Assembly: GCA_964014485.1 (NCBI GenBank) | Contig: CAXHAT010000015.1 | Coordinates: 1 to 60,467, forward strand | From: an uncultured Deferribacteres bacterium | GTDB lineage: Bacteria; Zhuqueibacterota; Zhuqueibacteria; Zhuqueibacterales; Geothermadaptataceae | DNA: 60,467 bases | Reading direction: 5' to 3' | Shown here: in pieces, positions 10,082-18,196 of the stretch | How the letters are laid out: every line of letters starts with the position of its first letter | Numbering within the stretch: the first letter of the stretch is position 1 | Position numbers and translations under genes: made by a program | Notes under the pieces: model-generated | The model's input: the letters and a program-made list of their open reading frames with translations, nothing else | Database searches by the model: none | Told to the model about the DNA's origin: nothing

Positions 10082-10166
10082 TAGACAGGATTACTGGATA
10101 GAGCAGGATGTAAGTCCTGCAAAACGAATTAAGGTTATCTTGTGAATCGTGTCAATCCGGTCAAAA
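10082..10166. repeat. ACAGGAT/ATCCTGT-type imperfect hairpin repeat
   Basis: GACAGGATTACTGGATAGAGCAGGAT ... ATCTTGTGAATCGTGTCAATCCGGTC: 9-bp-periodic arms in inverted orientation. Confidence 0.55.
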
Positions 10167-10191
10167 AAATGATTTTGGTATTGTCCTTCAA

Positions 10192-10770
10192 CTACCCCCC
10201 GCCGCCGACCGAGCCGGAACCGGAATCGCCTCTACCTTCTGTGATCACTTTTTCGGTGGACATGACGCGCGTCTCATCGTCGAGTCTGCATGACCAGTAT
10301 GTAAATTCCGACATCGTGGGCGCATCCAGTCTCACGCCAAGCGTGACGCCGCCGTTGGCGGGGATTTCGATACGATCCGCGCCAAAGACGCTTGCTGGAT
10401 AAGGACAAAGCAAGATGGGCTCAGAGCCGACTTGAAACGATACCAACTCTCCCGGATTGAGGTCAATATGTCTTGGCGTGGGAGCGCCGTTCTCAGCGAT
10501 AGAGATCATGTGAGCCGCGCCGCCGACTGTGATCGGCAGTGTCCGCGGCGCTTCGTCTGCCGTCAGTGAAGCGACGGCGATTTTGCTTCGACGTTCGCGC
10601 ACAATCCAGGGGTGTGTTGCAAACGTATTTTGCGTGTATGACTCGCCGGGAGCGAGCGTGCGGTAGAGCTTTTCCTGTCCGCCGTAATCGATCCAGTAGA
10701 CTTCGAAGTCCAAAGCGCTCTCGTTGGCGAACGTGACTTGGGTCGGCGTATTGGAATGAATAGACTGCAT
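10192..10770 (-). CDS. VHL beta-domain protein fused to an uncharacterised ~107-aa domain
   Basis: AAGGAG RBS before ATG 10770; 'VTFAN..VYWIDYGG.EKLYRTLAPGESYTQNTFATHPWIVR' is the VHL-beta signature. The C-terminal domain is about 72% identical (manual alignment) to 14839..15165. Confidence 0.85.
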   Translation of the reverse strand: MQSIHSNTPTQVTFANESALDFEVYWIDYGGQEKLYRTLAPGESYTQNTFATHPWIVRERRSKIAVASLTADEAPRTLPITVGGAAHMISIAENGAPTPRHIDLNPGELVSFQVGSEPILLCPYPASVFGADRIEIPANGGVTLGVRLDAPTMSEFTYWSCRLDDETRVMSTEKVITEGRGDSGSGSVGGGG

Positions 10771-10771
10771 T

Positions 10772-10933
10772 TTATTGAACTCCTTTTGAAATTGGTTGAT
10801 GATTGATATTGACCGCAACCAGAACACTTTTTACGATCCCTTCGACGCCCGATACTTGAATGGACGAAGTGATTTCATTCGGCGCGCCGGGGTTGATGTT
10901 GACAGGAGTTAAGTTCCGAAAATCATGTCTCAT
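10772..10933 (-). pseudogene. 53-aa ORF, probably a truncated proprotein-convertase P-domain
   Basis: AGGAGAG RBS; MRHDFRNLTPVNINPGAPNEITSSIQVSGVEGIVKSVLVAVNINH resembles the start of a P-domain but ends abruptly. Not in the ORF track. Confidence 0.55.
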
Positions 10934-10958
10934 TTTTTCTCTCCTTTTTTATTGAGTG

Positions 10959-11068
10959 ACTGATGTTAAGCGCCCTACTTTTGGATATGTGCCGAAAACG
11001 CTTGATCCACTTTTGATTCTCATTAGCACTCGATCATAAGGAAATGCGTTGGCATGCGTAACATCAGC
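10959..11068. mobile_element. MITE family B, short copy
   Basis: Ends ACTGATGTTAAGC / GCGTAACATCAG are shared with the copies at 19828, 23912 and 45706. Confidence 0.7.
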
Positions 11069-11119
11069 GAGCAACTTGAAAACAGTATTTGATCCGGGTC
11101 AATGAAAACCTTGAGATGC

Positions 11120-11323
11120 TCAAGACGTTTGGCTTGCAACAATCAGCAAAGCGGTTCCGAAACCGGCTGCGCCAAGAACGAGTGCGCCGCAAAACATGCC
11201 GCCGGCCGTCCACGCGAATTTGTTCGCGTCCTTCTTTTTTGCTTTTAAAAATCCGAAAACGCCCCCGGCGAGCAGGCCAACTGCTGCGCCGATCAAGCCG
11301 CCAAATGCAATTAAAATTCCCAT
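11120..11323 (-). CDS. Small two-TM glycine-rich membrane protein
   Basis: AAGGAG RBS; two hydrophobic GxxxG-rich helices separated by a KAKKK loop. Confidence 0.7.
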   Translation of the reverse strand: MGILIAFGGLIGAAVGLLAGGVFGFLKAKKKDANKFAWTAGGMFCGALVLGAAGFGTALLIVASQTS

Positions 11324-11387
11324 GATCTATTCTCCTTTCTGAACGATTTGAATTTCACGAAATGTAACTCGGAATTGCTCCAGCTAT

Positions 11388-11403
11388 GTCAAATGCGGCG
11401 CCA
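11388..11403 (-). promoter_or_regulatory. Candidate sigma54 (-24/-12) promoter
   Basis: TGGCGC-CGCAT-TTGAC on the minus strand, 65 bp upstream of ATG 11323. The -12 element reads GA rather than GC. A sigma54 activator gene is nearby. Confidence 0.5.
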
Positions 11404-11503
11404 TTTGGAGAATGACGAGAGCATCTCTTTGCTTAAATGCTGAAAAAACAATGCCTTGACAAAGTGGAGCGTGGGATATTTAGAAAAGGTAAGCCTAAGC
11501 GGC

Positions 11504-11641
11504 ATTCGCAATTTTTTTGCGAATAGAAGGCGGTGGATTGGATAAAACCCGCAAGAATTTCACGAAGAAAAATTAATCGACAATGAGAATAAAAGTCGTT
11601 GGTTGTTCATTGAATCAAATACTCTCGCAAATTTCTTGGGC
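11504..11641. promoter_or_regulatory. Candidate upstream activator sequences
   Basis: TCGCAA-N5-TTGCGA palindrome (within 11504-11524), with degenerate copies CCGCAA-N5-TCACGA (11549) and TCGCAA-N5-TTGGGC (11625). Confidence 0.45.
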
Positions 11642-11755
11642 TGTTTTGTATTCAGTATTGTAAGCCAAAGAATCTATTGGGAATTTTCCGGGTACCGTAT
11701 TATTTTGATGAATCTGAGTTGATTGAAGTAAATTGAAAGTATCGGAACTGTTTTT

Positions 11756-12293
11756 GTGCATTTTGAAATAATCGGCAAGATCGAATCAATTGAAACCATT
11801 GCGGTTCAAAGCTCAATTCGTGAATTGGACAGGTTGCGAAAACAGTATGGATATGGACGCTGGAGAAAAATGAAAGGCGCTGCGACTGTCCGTCTCGACG
11901 GCGGTCGAATTTGCAAAGTCGAGTTGCATTGGTATCAAGCGCACGGGATCGGTAAGAGAAAGATGGCTCATCCGGGAAATGAGTACTTATTACTCGCAGG
12001 CTCGTACACAATCTGCTCCATTACCGTTTTCTATGCTCCAGGCTCGGCTCTATTTCAGCTCTTTGTCTTTCTTTTCCTTAGCGATCAGCATGTGGAGCGA
12101 GGAGCAAAGTCAAGACCGCAGCGATCCGCCAGGGAGCAAGCCGAAGGGGAGTCTTTACTTTGTCCGCAGCGGAACATATTTTTGAGCCAGCCAGAAAAGA
12201 AAAGACGAATTGCAGTCAAAGCAGCATTTCATAGAAAAGTACGCGTTAGTCGGATGAACCAGAAAGATGAAAATAAAACGTTATTTAGATTGA
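11756..12293 (+). pseudogene. Small conserved hypothetical gene (putative toxin of a two-gene module) interrupted by a MITE
   Basis: Removing 11965-12268 restores ...ELHWYQAHGIGKRKMKIKRYLD*, a plausible native C-terminus for this 'WRKxKG...HWYxAHGIG' family. Confidence 0.8.
11965..12260. mobile_element. 296-bp MITE with ISL3-like ends and an 8-bp target site duplication
   Basis: TIRs GGCTCATCCG..GAGTAC / GTACGC..CGGATGAACC; perfect AGAAAGAT duplication at 11957-11964 and 12261-12268. Confidence 0.88.
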
Positions 12294-12304
12294 GTTTACA
12301 GAAA

Positions 12305-12529
12305 ATGGAAAACCAAGAAAAAATCAAATTCGGCGTTTGTATTACCGATGCGGAACCGGATTTGGAGCCTAAGAAAATTTACCGTATTCTCCCCGACGAA
12401 ACCGCGGCTAAAGATTCTTACTTCAGAGTTATTGATGAATCGGGCGAAGATTATCTCTATCCCGCACGTTATTTCGTACTCGTAGATGCAGCGCACACGC
12501 CGGATCGTGAGCGACTTTTGGTGATTTAG
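12305..12529 (+). CDS. Small conserved hypothetical protein (partner gene)
   Basis: 74 aa with the 'KIYRILPD..RVIDESGEDYLYP..YF' motif, which I recall occurring next to the upstream family. Confidence 0.75.
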   Translation: MENQEKIKFGVCITDAEPDLEPKKIYRILPDETAAKDSYFRVIDESGEDYLYPARYFVLVDAAHTPDRERLLVI

Positions 12530-12715
12530 TTACTGGCCACTGATTTTCGCCATACTCGATAAAAGTATTCGAGCACAAGCTTTTTGGCAAGACTTTACAA
12601 AACCAAGAGTTGAATAGATCCCTGTTTTGTTCTGCCTTGTTCAAGTTGAGATTTTAGCATTTTCAAAGAATGAGAATGAATAATCGTTCCGCTTTTAAAA
12701 CGAGGTGAATTATGC

Positions 12716-13012
12716 ATGACGCTCGATGAAGTCGTTCGGTAAATGAACGATCTCGAAAATCACATGCAAAAGTTCGAGTGGAAGTACAGCATCAAATCCG
12801 CACAATTCTATAAGCTCGTTTTGGCCGGGAAGATCGAAGAAGCTTTTGAATTGCATGAGTGGCTGGGGCTTCACAAACTGTGGTTGGATCATCATGAAGA
12901 ATATCTCAACTTGCTCACTTCCCTGAAATCGCCGTCTCCGCTATTGAATATCGCCGGGCCGCTTGGGGACGCTTTTTTTGAATCTGAGTCTGAAAGCCTT
13001 CCCGCCCCCTGA
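12716..13012 (+). pseudogene. TumA-like antitoxin with a nonsense codon at position 9
   Basis: GAGGTG RBS; MTLDEVVR*MNDLE..FEWKYSIKSAQFY..AGKIE..EWLG. A restart at ATG 12743 is possible. Confidence 0.55.
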
Positions 13013-13150
13013 CGATCCTTCACTCGCCTCGACCTTTCCCCGCCAAACATCAAACGAAATCGCATTCCCGCGGAAAAATTGAGTTTTAGAAAGCCGAATT
13101 TGCCTGAATTGATTCTGGAAATCGAGCGTTTGATCCCAACGCTGTCATGA
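13011..13150 (+). pseudogene. C-terminal remnant of a DUF6516/TumE-like toxin
   Basis: [10 protein letters not shown], then after a frameshifting deletion [29 protein letters not shown]; the HHKH motif is lost. Confidence 0.6.
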
Positions 13151-14671
13151 TTTTTCGCGCACAACGCCGAGCTTTTTCATGCGGTAGCGCATCACTTGTT
13201 CGGAAATGTCCAGCTCGCGTGCGGCCTTGGATTGATTCCAGTCGTTTGCATCCAACGCTTCGCGCAGGATTTTTTCTTCGCTCGCTTTTAAACGATCTTT
13301 CAGGGAATGCGATTCGCTTTTGGGGGCGGCGGTTTCTTGAAGAACGGGAACGCCGAGGAATTCAGCAAATTCGTTTTTCAAATCAGGCGGGAGCGATTCA
13401 AAATCAAGCTGTTGGGTTTCGAGAGCGGCGAGAGCAACCAAACGCTCAACAAAATTTTCCAATTCGCGGATATTTCCCAGCCACGACCTTTGCCGCATAA
13501 ATCGCAGAACGTCGAGGTGGAAGGACTTGATTTGCTTTCCTTGCTGCTCGGCAAATTTTACCAAAAAATGGTTCGCCAACAGCGGGACGTCCTTGTTGCG
13601 ATCACGCAGAGACGGCACGTAAACCGGATAGACGTGCAGGCGAAAATACAAGTCGTCTCGAAACTTTCCCTCGTCGGCGAGGCGGCGCAAGGACTGGCTG
13701 GAGGCTGAGAAGATGCGCACGTTGACCTTCTTGGCCATGTTCGATCCCAGAGGGCGTACTTCGCCTTCCTGCAAAAAACGCATCAATTTGGCCTGCATGT
13801 CCAGCGGCAAATTAGCGATTTCGTCGATAAAAAGCGTGCCGCCGTTCGCTTCTTCAATCAATCCTTTTCGGTCTTGAATCGCGCCGGTAAACGCACCTTT
13901 TTTATGCCCGAAAAGTTCACTGCCGACCAACCCTTCGGTAATCGCGCCGCAATCGACGGCGACGAACGGCTGGTTTGCCCGATCGCTGAAACGATGAATA
14001 GCTCGGGCGATCAATTCTTTGCCGGTTCCGGTTGCTCCTTCCAAAACCACGCGCACATCACAGCGCGCCGCTTGCTCGATGGAACGCAGCATCTCAACAA
14101 ATTGCGGACTGCCGCCGATCATACCGGTTTCCGCGTATTTTTGTAGAAGCGCATTGTCGCTCAACGTCGGCGCGAAAAAATCCCTCAGCTTTTCGACGTT
14201 GCGCAAGTACGGCGCGGCAATCGCGGCGATATATTCCAGCATTGCAACGTCGGCGTCAGCGAAAGGCGGCTCATTTTCTTTTCGAAAGACGACCATTGAG
14301 CCGAGGAGAAGGTTCTCGATTTTGAGCAAAACGGCGACTGCCGGCCCGACCGATTCTTTGAGCGAACCCAGTCTTGCCAGGCGAGCGTCTTGCTTGAGAT
14401 CAGGCGTCACGAACGGCTGTTGCTCGTGCATCATCCATCCGGTAATCTGACGCTCCGCCGATTCCAGAACATGGCTGCCGATTTTTTTCCCCCGGCGTAC
14501 GACTGTTTTGACGGTTTCCTGCGTTCCCGGATTGATCATCAAAATGAACGCGGATTCAGCGCGCAGCAGATCAGCGGTTTTTCGCGCCGTCAGGCTGAGG
14601 ATTTCCTCAAAATCCGTCTGGCGGTTTAAAACCAGGGTAAAATCGAGCAAAGCTGATAAGTCAGGATTCAT
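13145..14671 (-). CDS. Sigma54-dependent enhancer-binding protein (GAF-AAA+-Fis HTH)
   Basis: N-terminal GAF, Walker [21 protein letters not shown]-terminal [15 protein letters not shown]. Confidence 0.96.
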   Translation of the reverse strand: MNPDLSALLDFTLVLNRQTDFEEILSLTARKTADLLRAESAFILMINPGTQETVKTVVRRGKKIGSHVLESAERQITGWMMHEQQPFVTPDLKQDARLARLGSLKESVGPAVAVLLKIENLLLGSMVVFRKENEPPFADADVAMLEYIAAIAAPYLRNVEKLRDFFAPTLSDNALLQKYAETGMIGGSPQFVEMLRSIEQAARCDVRVVLEGATGTGKELIARAIHRFSDRANQPFVAVDCGAITEGLVGSELFGHKKGAFTGAIQDRKGLIEEANGGTLFIDEIANLPLDMQAKLMRFLQEGEVRPLGSNMAKKVNVRIFSASSQSLRRLADEGKFRDDLYFRLHVYPVYVPSLRDRNKDVPLLANHFLVKFAEQQGKQIKSFHLDVLRFMRQRSWLGNIRELENFVERLVALAALETQQLDFESLPPDLKNEFAEFLGVPVLQETAAPKSESHSLKDRLKASEEKILREALDANDWNQSKAARELDISEQVMRYRMKKLGVVREKS

Positions 14672-14721
14672 AACATAGTCGTTTAAGGTGAAAAGCGTGG
14701 GTAAACTGATGCAGCCAGATA

Positions 14722-14828
14722 TGATGGAGTGTTGGAATATTGGATTGATGGATTATTGGAATGACGGAATCGCATCAAGACGGCTTCCACTATTCCATCA
14801 CTCCAACAATCCATCATTCCAACTCTCC
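14722..14828. repeat. 8-bp-periodic TGGA/TCCA inverted tandem repeat
   Basis: GATGGAGTGTTGGAATATTGGATTGATGGATTATTGGAATGA faces TTCCACTATTCCATCACTCCAACAATCCATCATTCCAA; a half copy lies at about 8918-8950. Confidence 0.7.
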
Positions 14829-14838
14829 CCGCTTGCTC

Positions 14839-15165
14839 TCAGTCTCCGCCGCCGACGGAACCGGCGCCGGAATCGCCTCTGCGTTTTTTTCGAATATCCT
14901 TGCAGGACATGACGCGCGTCTCATCGTCGAGCTTGCACGACCAATAATCGAATTCCGGCATTTCCGGAGCGTTCAGTTGCACTCCCAGAACAACGCCGCC
15001 GTTAGCAGGAATTTCAACACGATCAGCGCCAAAAACTTCAGGATAAAGGCAAAGCAAAATGGGTGCGCCGCCGACTCGAAACGAGACGAGTTCTCCCGGC
15101 TTTAAGTCAATGCGCCTGGGGGTTGGCGCGCCGTTTTCGTTGATATAAACATTATGAGCCAGCAT
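14839..15165 (-). CDS. Uncharacterised 108-aa beta-rich protein coupled to the kinase gene
   Basis: GGAG RBS lies within the kinase 3' end, with the ATG 2 nt after the kinase stop. A paralogous domain occurs at 10192-10515. Confidence 0.85.
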   Translation of the reverse strand: MLAHNVYINENGAPTPRRIDLKPGELVSFRVGGAPILLCLYPEVFGADRVEIPANGGVVLGVQLNAPEMPEFDYWSCKLDDETRVMSCKDIRKKRRGDSGAGSVGGGD

Positions 15166-15167
15166 AA

Positions 15168-17759
15168 TCAATTCTCCGTTTGGTTATTCGTGTATTTCGT
15201 GATCAGGGTCTTGTACCGGGGATCGGTTCGCAAATCTTTGAGCCATTTTGAGGTTTCGAGGGACATAATCTGGACGCCGTTTTTCAACGCAATTTCAATG
15301 TACTGCAAAGCCAGTTCGCGCTCGCCGAGCACTTCATAAGTCATGCCGACCATCTCAAAAAGCGGTGCGTCTTTGCGCTCTAAATTGAGTAATTTTTGAA
15401 TCATTTCAAGCGCGGATGCACGGTCTTGGCGCATAGCGTACGCTCCGGCAAGAACTTTTAAAGCAGCGGCGTCTTTCGGGTTAATTTCGATATTTATTTC
15501 AGCAAATTCAATCGCACGCCCCCAAGCGGCTTGAGCGCTGTCTGGTTTCCCGGAATAGTGGTAAGCGTTTCCCAGATAATGCCATACTTCAAAATAACTC
15601 TCGCGCAAAGCAAGCGCTTTGCTAAATCTGTCCGTCGCTTCAAGGAGCTTGTCCAATCGATAGTATATTTTCCCCAAATTGAAAAACGCTGTTGCTGTCG
15701 GAGCTGCCTGCGCGGGATCGATTTGCGTCGCTCTTTCATACCAGGAAATGGTCAAATCCAGCGAATCGAGACGGTCATACTGCACCGCGAGGTTGTTGTA
15801 ACCCCAGAAGTTTCCGGGATCATACTTTGTCACCTGCCTGAACTGAACAGCGGCTTCCCTGTGTCGCGCTTGCTGGTGGTAAAAAATTCCAAGATTGTTG
15901 TAAGACCTGCCGTTCTCCGGATCGCGCTGAATAGCTTTCTTGTAGTTCGTTTCGGCTTCCGCAAGCTTGTTTTGTCGATCCTGTACAATGGCAAGCTCGC
16001 GATAAGCGTTGGCGTCGCTGCCGTCGATCTTGATCGCTGAAGTCAAGGCGGTTTCCGCCTCGGGATAACGACCACTTTTGTTAAGATATTTGCCCAATGC
16101 AATGCCGGCTAGTGCATAGAGGCTGTCGGCCTGGATGGCTTGCTCGGCGTGATCAATCGCCTGTTCCAAGTAAGTCTTTTGCTGATTGATCTCAAACTTT
16201 TGAAAATTGGCTTCCGCAAGCGCGAGTCGGGCGGCGGCGAAAGAAGCGTCTTTCGAAACGGCTTGCTCGAGCATAAGAATCGCCGAGTCGATTTTTTCTT
16301 CATCAGAGAATTGATCAAAACGTCCGAGCGCTGAAAGATAGTAGGCGTAGGCGTCGCGCGCGTTCGTTCCGCCTGCTTGCAAAAGGCGCAGACGCTTTTC
16401 CGGTAATTTCATTTCAAGAAAATCAGTGATGCGACGGGCGATCTCGTTTTGAAAGGTCAGGTAGTTTTCAGGATCAATGTTGAGCGTGATTGAATCGCGC
16501 GGCGCTCGCGAAATTGCGTCGACTTTAATCAAGACAAGGTCAAGCTTTTGATTTTTGCGGCTTACCCTGCCCGTCAAAAATTGATTTGGCTTCAGATCGG
16601 CGTCCAGCCTTTCCTCAAAAGCCTTGTCCGGTGAAACTATTTTGATCGAATCTTGAAAAAAAACCGCTCGCGTAAGTATGTTTGCAATCACGTAAAGCAG
16701 TCCCTTGCTCAAGGTCTCGTCATGCGGATTTCCATTTTCGAATGAAAAAGGCAAAGCGCTGATTCGAGGCTGTCCGATATTTTGATCCGGCTGTAAATCC
16801 AGTTTGTCCCAAAACAATAATGTGATCAAAAGCAGCGAAACGAGTGCGCCGACAAAGGCCAGGCGCGGCTTGCGTTTTTTTCCTGCGGGAGAATCGGATG
16901 AGCGTTTTTCTGAGAGCGTGGCCTCGCCGCCGTTCCGGTAAGCATCCAAATCCGCCAAAAGGCCGCCCACATTTTGGTACCGTGAGTCCGCGTCTTTTTG
17001 CAGCGTTTTTTCGACGATGCTTGTGAGCTCAGGCGGCGTTTCTGGGCGTGACTCCTCAATCGGTTTTGGCGCGGCGTTCAGAATCGAGTAAATAACCGCT
17101 TGTTCAAACTCTCCTTTAAACGGTAATTCGCCTGTCAACATTTCATACAGCACCACGCCGAAAGACCAAATATCCGTGCGATGATCGACAGTTTCACCGT
17201 GCGCCTGCTCCGGCGACATGTAGGCGACGGTGCCCAAAGTCGCGCCCGTGCGCGTCAACTTTGCGTCGCTGGCCAGTTTCGCCAATCCGAAATCGACGAT
17301 TTTGAGCACGCCCTCGTCCGTGATGATAATGTTCGCCGGTTTAACGTCCCGGTGAACAATGCCTTTATCGTGTGCTTTGCCCAAACCTTTCGCGAGCTGG
17401 GTCGCGTAATCCAATGCAGTTTCAACGGTTAAACGACCGCCGGACAACTTTTCTCGCAGCGTTTCGCCTGCATAGCACGCCATCGAAATAAACATTCGTC
17501 CATCGGGCGCTTCCGGCGTTGGAGGAGTCTCGCCAATTTCATAAATGGTGCAAATGTTGGGATGGTCGAAAGACGACGCTGTTTTTGCTTCGCGGATGAA
17601 GCGTTCGAGTTCTTCTTTATGAAGATCAGCGTACGAAGGAAGGAATTTCAATGCGACCAGGCGGTCGAGCTTGAGATCGCTGGCTTTATAAACGACGCCC
17701 GCCCCGCCGCTGCCCAGTTTTTCCAGGATTTTGTAATGTGAAACGGTTTGCCCGATCAT
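15168..17759 (-). CDS. Hanks-type Ser/Thr protein kinase with a TM segment, TolB-N-like region and TPR repeats
   Basis: GSGGAGVVY, VALK, HRDVKPAN, DFG and GTVAYMSPE motifs; a hydrophobic helix; many TPRs. Confidence 0.95.
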   Translation of the reverse strand: MIGQTVSHYKILEKLGSGGAGVVYKASDLKLDRLVALKFLPSYADLHKEELERFIREAKTASSFDHPNICTIYEIGETPPTPEAPDGRMFISMACYAGETLREKLSGGRLTVETALDYATQLAKGLGKAHDKGIVHRDVKPANIIITDEGVLKIVDFGLAKLASDAKLTRTGATLGTVAYMSPEQAHGETVDHRTDIWSFGVVLYEMLTGELPFKGEFEQAVIYSILNAAPKPIEESRPETPPELTSIVEKTLQKDADSRYQNVGGLLADLDAYRNGGEATLSEKRSSDSPAGKKRKPRLAFVGALVSLLLITLLFWDKLDLQPDQNIGQPRISALPFSFENGNPHDETLSKGLLYVIANILTRAVFFQDSIKIVSPDKAFEERLDADLKPNQFLTGRVSRKNQKLDLVLIKVDAISRAPRDSITLNIDPENYLTFQNEIARRITDFLEMKLPEKRLRLLQAGGTNARDAYAYYLSALGRFDQFSDEEKIDSAILMLEQAVSKDASFAAARLALAEANFQKFEINQQKTYLEQAIDHAEQAIQADSLYALAGIALGKYLNKSGRYPEAETALTSAIKIDGSDANAYRELAIVQDRQNKLAEAETNYKKAIQRDPENGRSYNNLGIFYHQQARHREAAVQFRQVTKYDPGNFWGYNNLAVQYDRLDSLDLTISWYERATQIDPAQAAPTATAFFNLGKIYYRLDKLLEATDRFSKALALRESYFEVWHYLGNAYHYSGKPDSAQAAWGRAIEFAEINIEINPKDAAALKVLAGAYAMRQDRASALEMIQKLLNLERKDAPLFEMVGMTYEVLGERELALQYIEIALKNGVQIMSLETSKWLKDLRTDPRYKTLITKYTNNQTEN

Positions 17760-17960
17760 CGGTCAACTATCCAGCCTTGCGGACTATTTGATGCTCAATG
17801 TACGATGAGGAGAGTTAGGTCGCTAAAACATAGTAACTTAACACGCGCCTGAAGTCAACCAATCTCGCGCAAGCGCGGCCGGGGTGCAACCGGAAGCGGG
17901 AAATTCTTGCAAAGAACGCGTTCCGTTTGGTTGTTATAATTTTTTTTTCTATTGTTCGAA

Positions 17961-18165
17961 TTCACTGCCTGACACTTTTTCTATAGGCTTCCAACACTGG
18001 CGAAAGAGGCCGGAATTGTCATGCTGGAAGCATCTTTTTTGATCCAACTCTTGAACTTTTTGGCATGATCTGTACTGGGCGATAACAAAGATTCCTCCTG
18101 AATGACAAAACGGGGCTTTTCGACGGTTCGAAAATGCAGTTTACAAAAAAGCGTCAGGTAGAGAG
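17961..18165. mobile_element. MITE family A copy 2
   Basis: Same TIRs and core as 2335-2539; flanks TTGTTCGAA / TTGTGCGAA form a 9-bp duplication with 1 mismatch. Confidence 0.88.
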
Positions 18166-18196
18166 TTGTGCGAAAAATTAAAAAACTTGACCTTGC

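Noticed and set aside
10192..10215. C-terminal GG as a ubiquitin-like conjugation tail
   Set aside because: The paralog ends in GGGD, no beta-grasp pattern is evident, and there are no E1/E2/JAB genes in the window.
11756..12529. 257-aa ORF as an ancient single protein
   Set aside because: The middle third is a TIR- and TSD-bounded insertion, and excising it restores two separate genes.
14722..14828. Periodic repeats as a CRISPR array
   Set aside because: The units are degenerate 8-mers in two inverted arms with no unique spacers, and there are no cas genes in the window.
10192..15165. Duplicated domain as a diversity-generating retroelement template/variable pair
   Set aside because: No reverse transcriptase is present, both copies are coding, and the differences are not confined to adenines.
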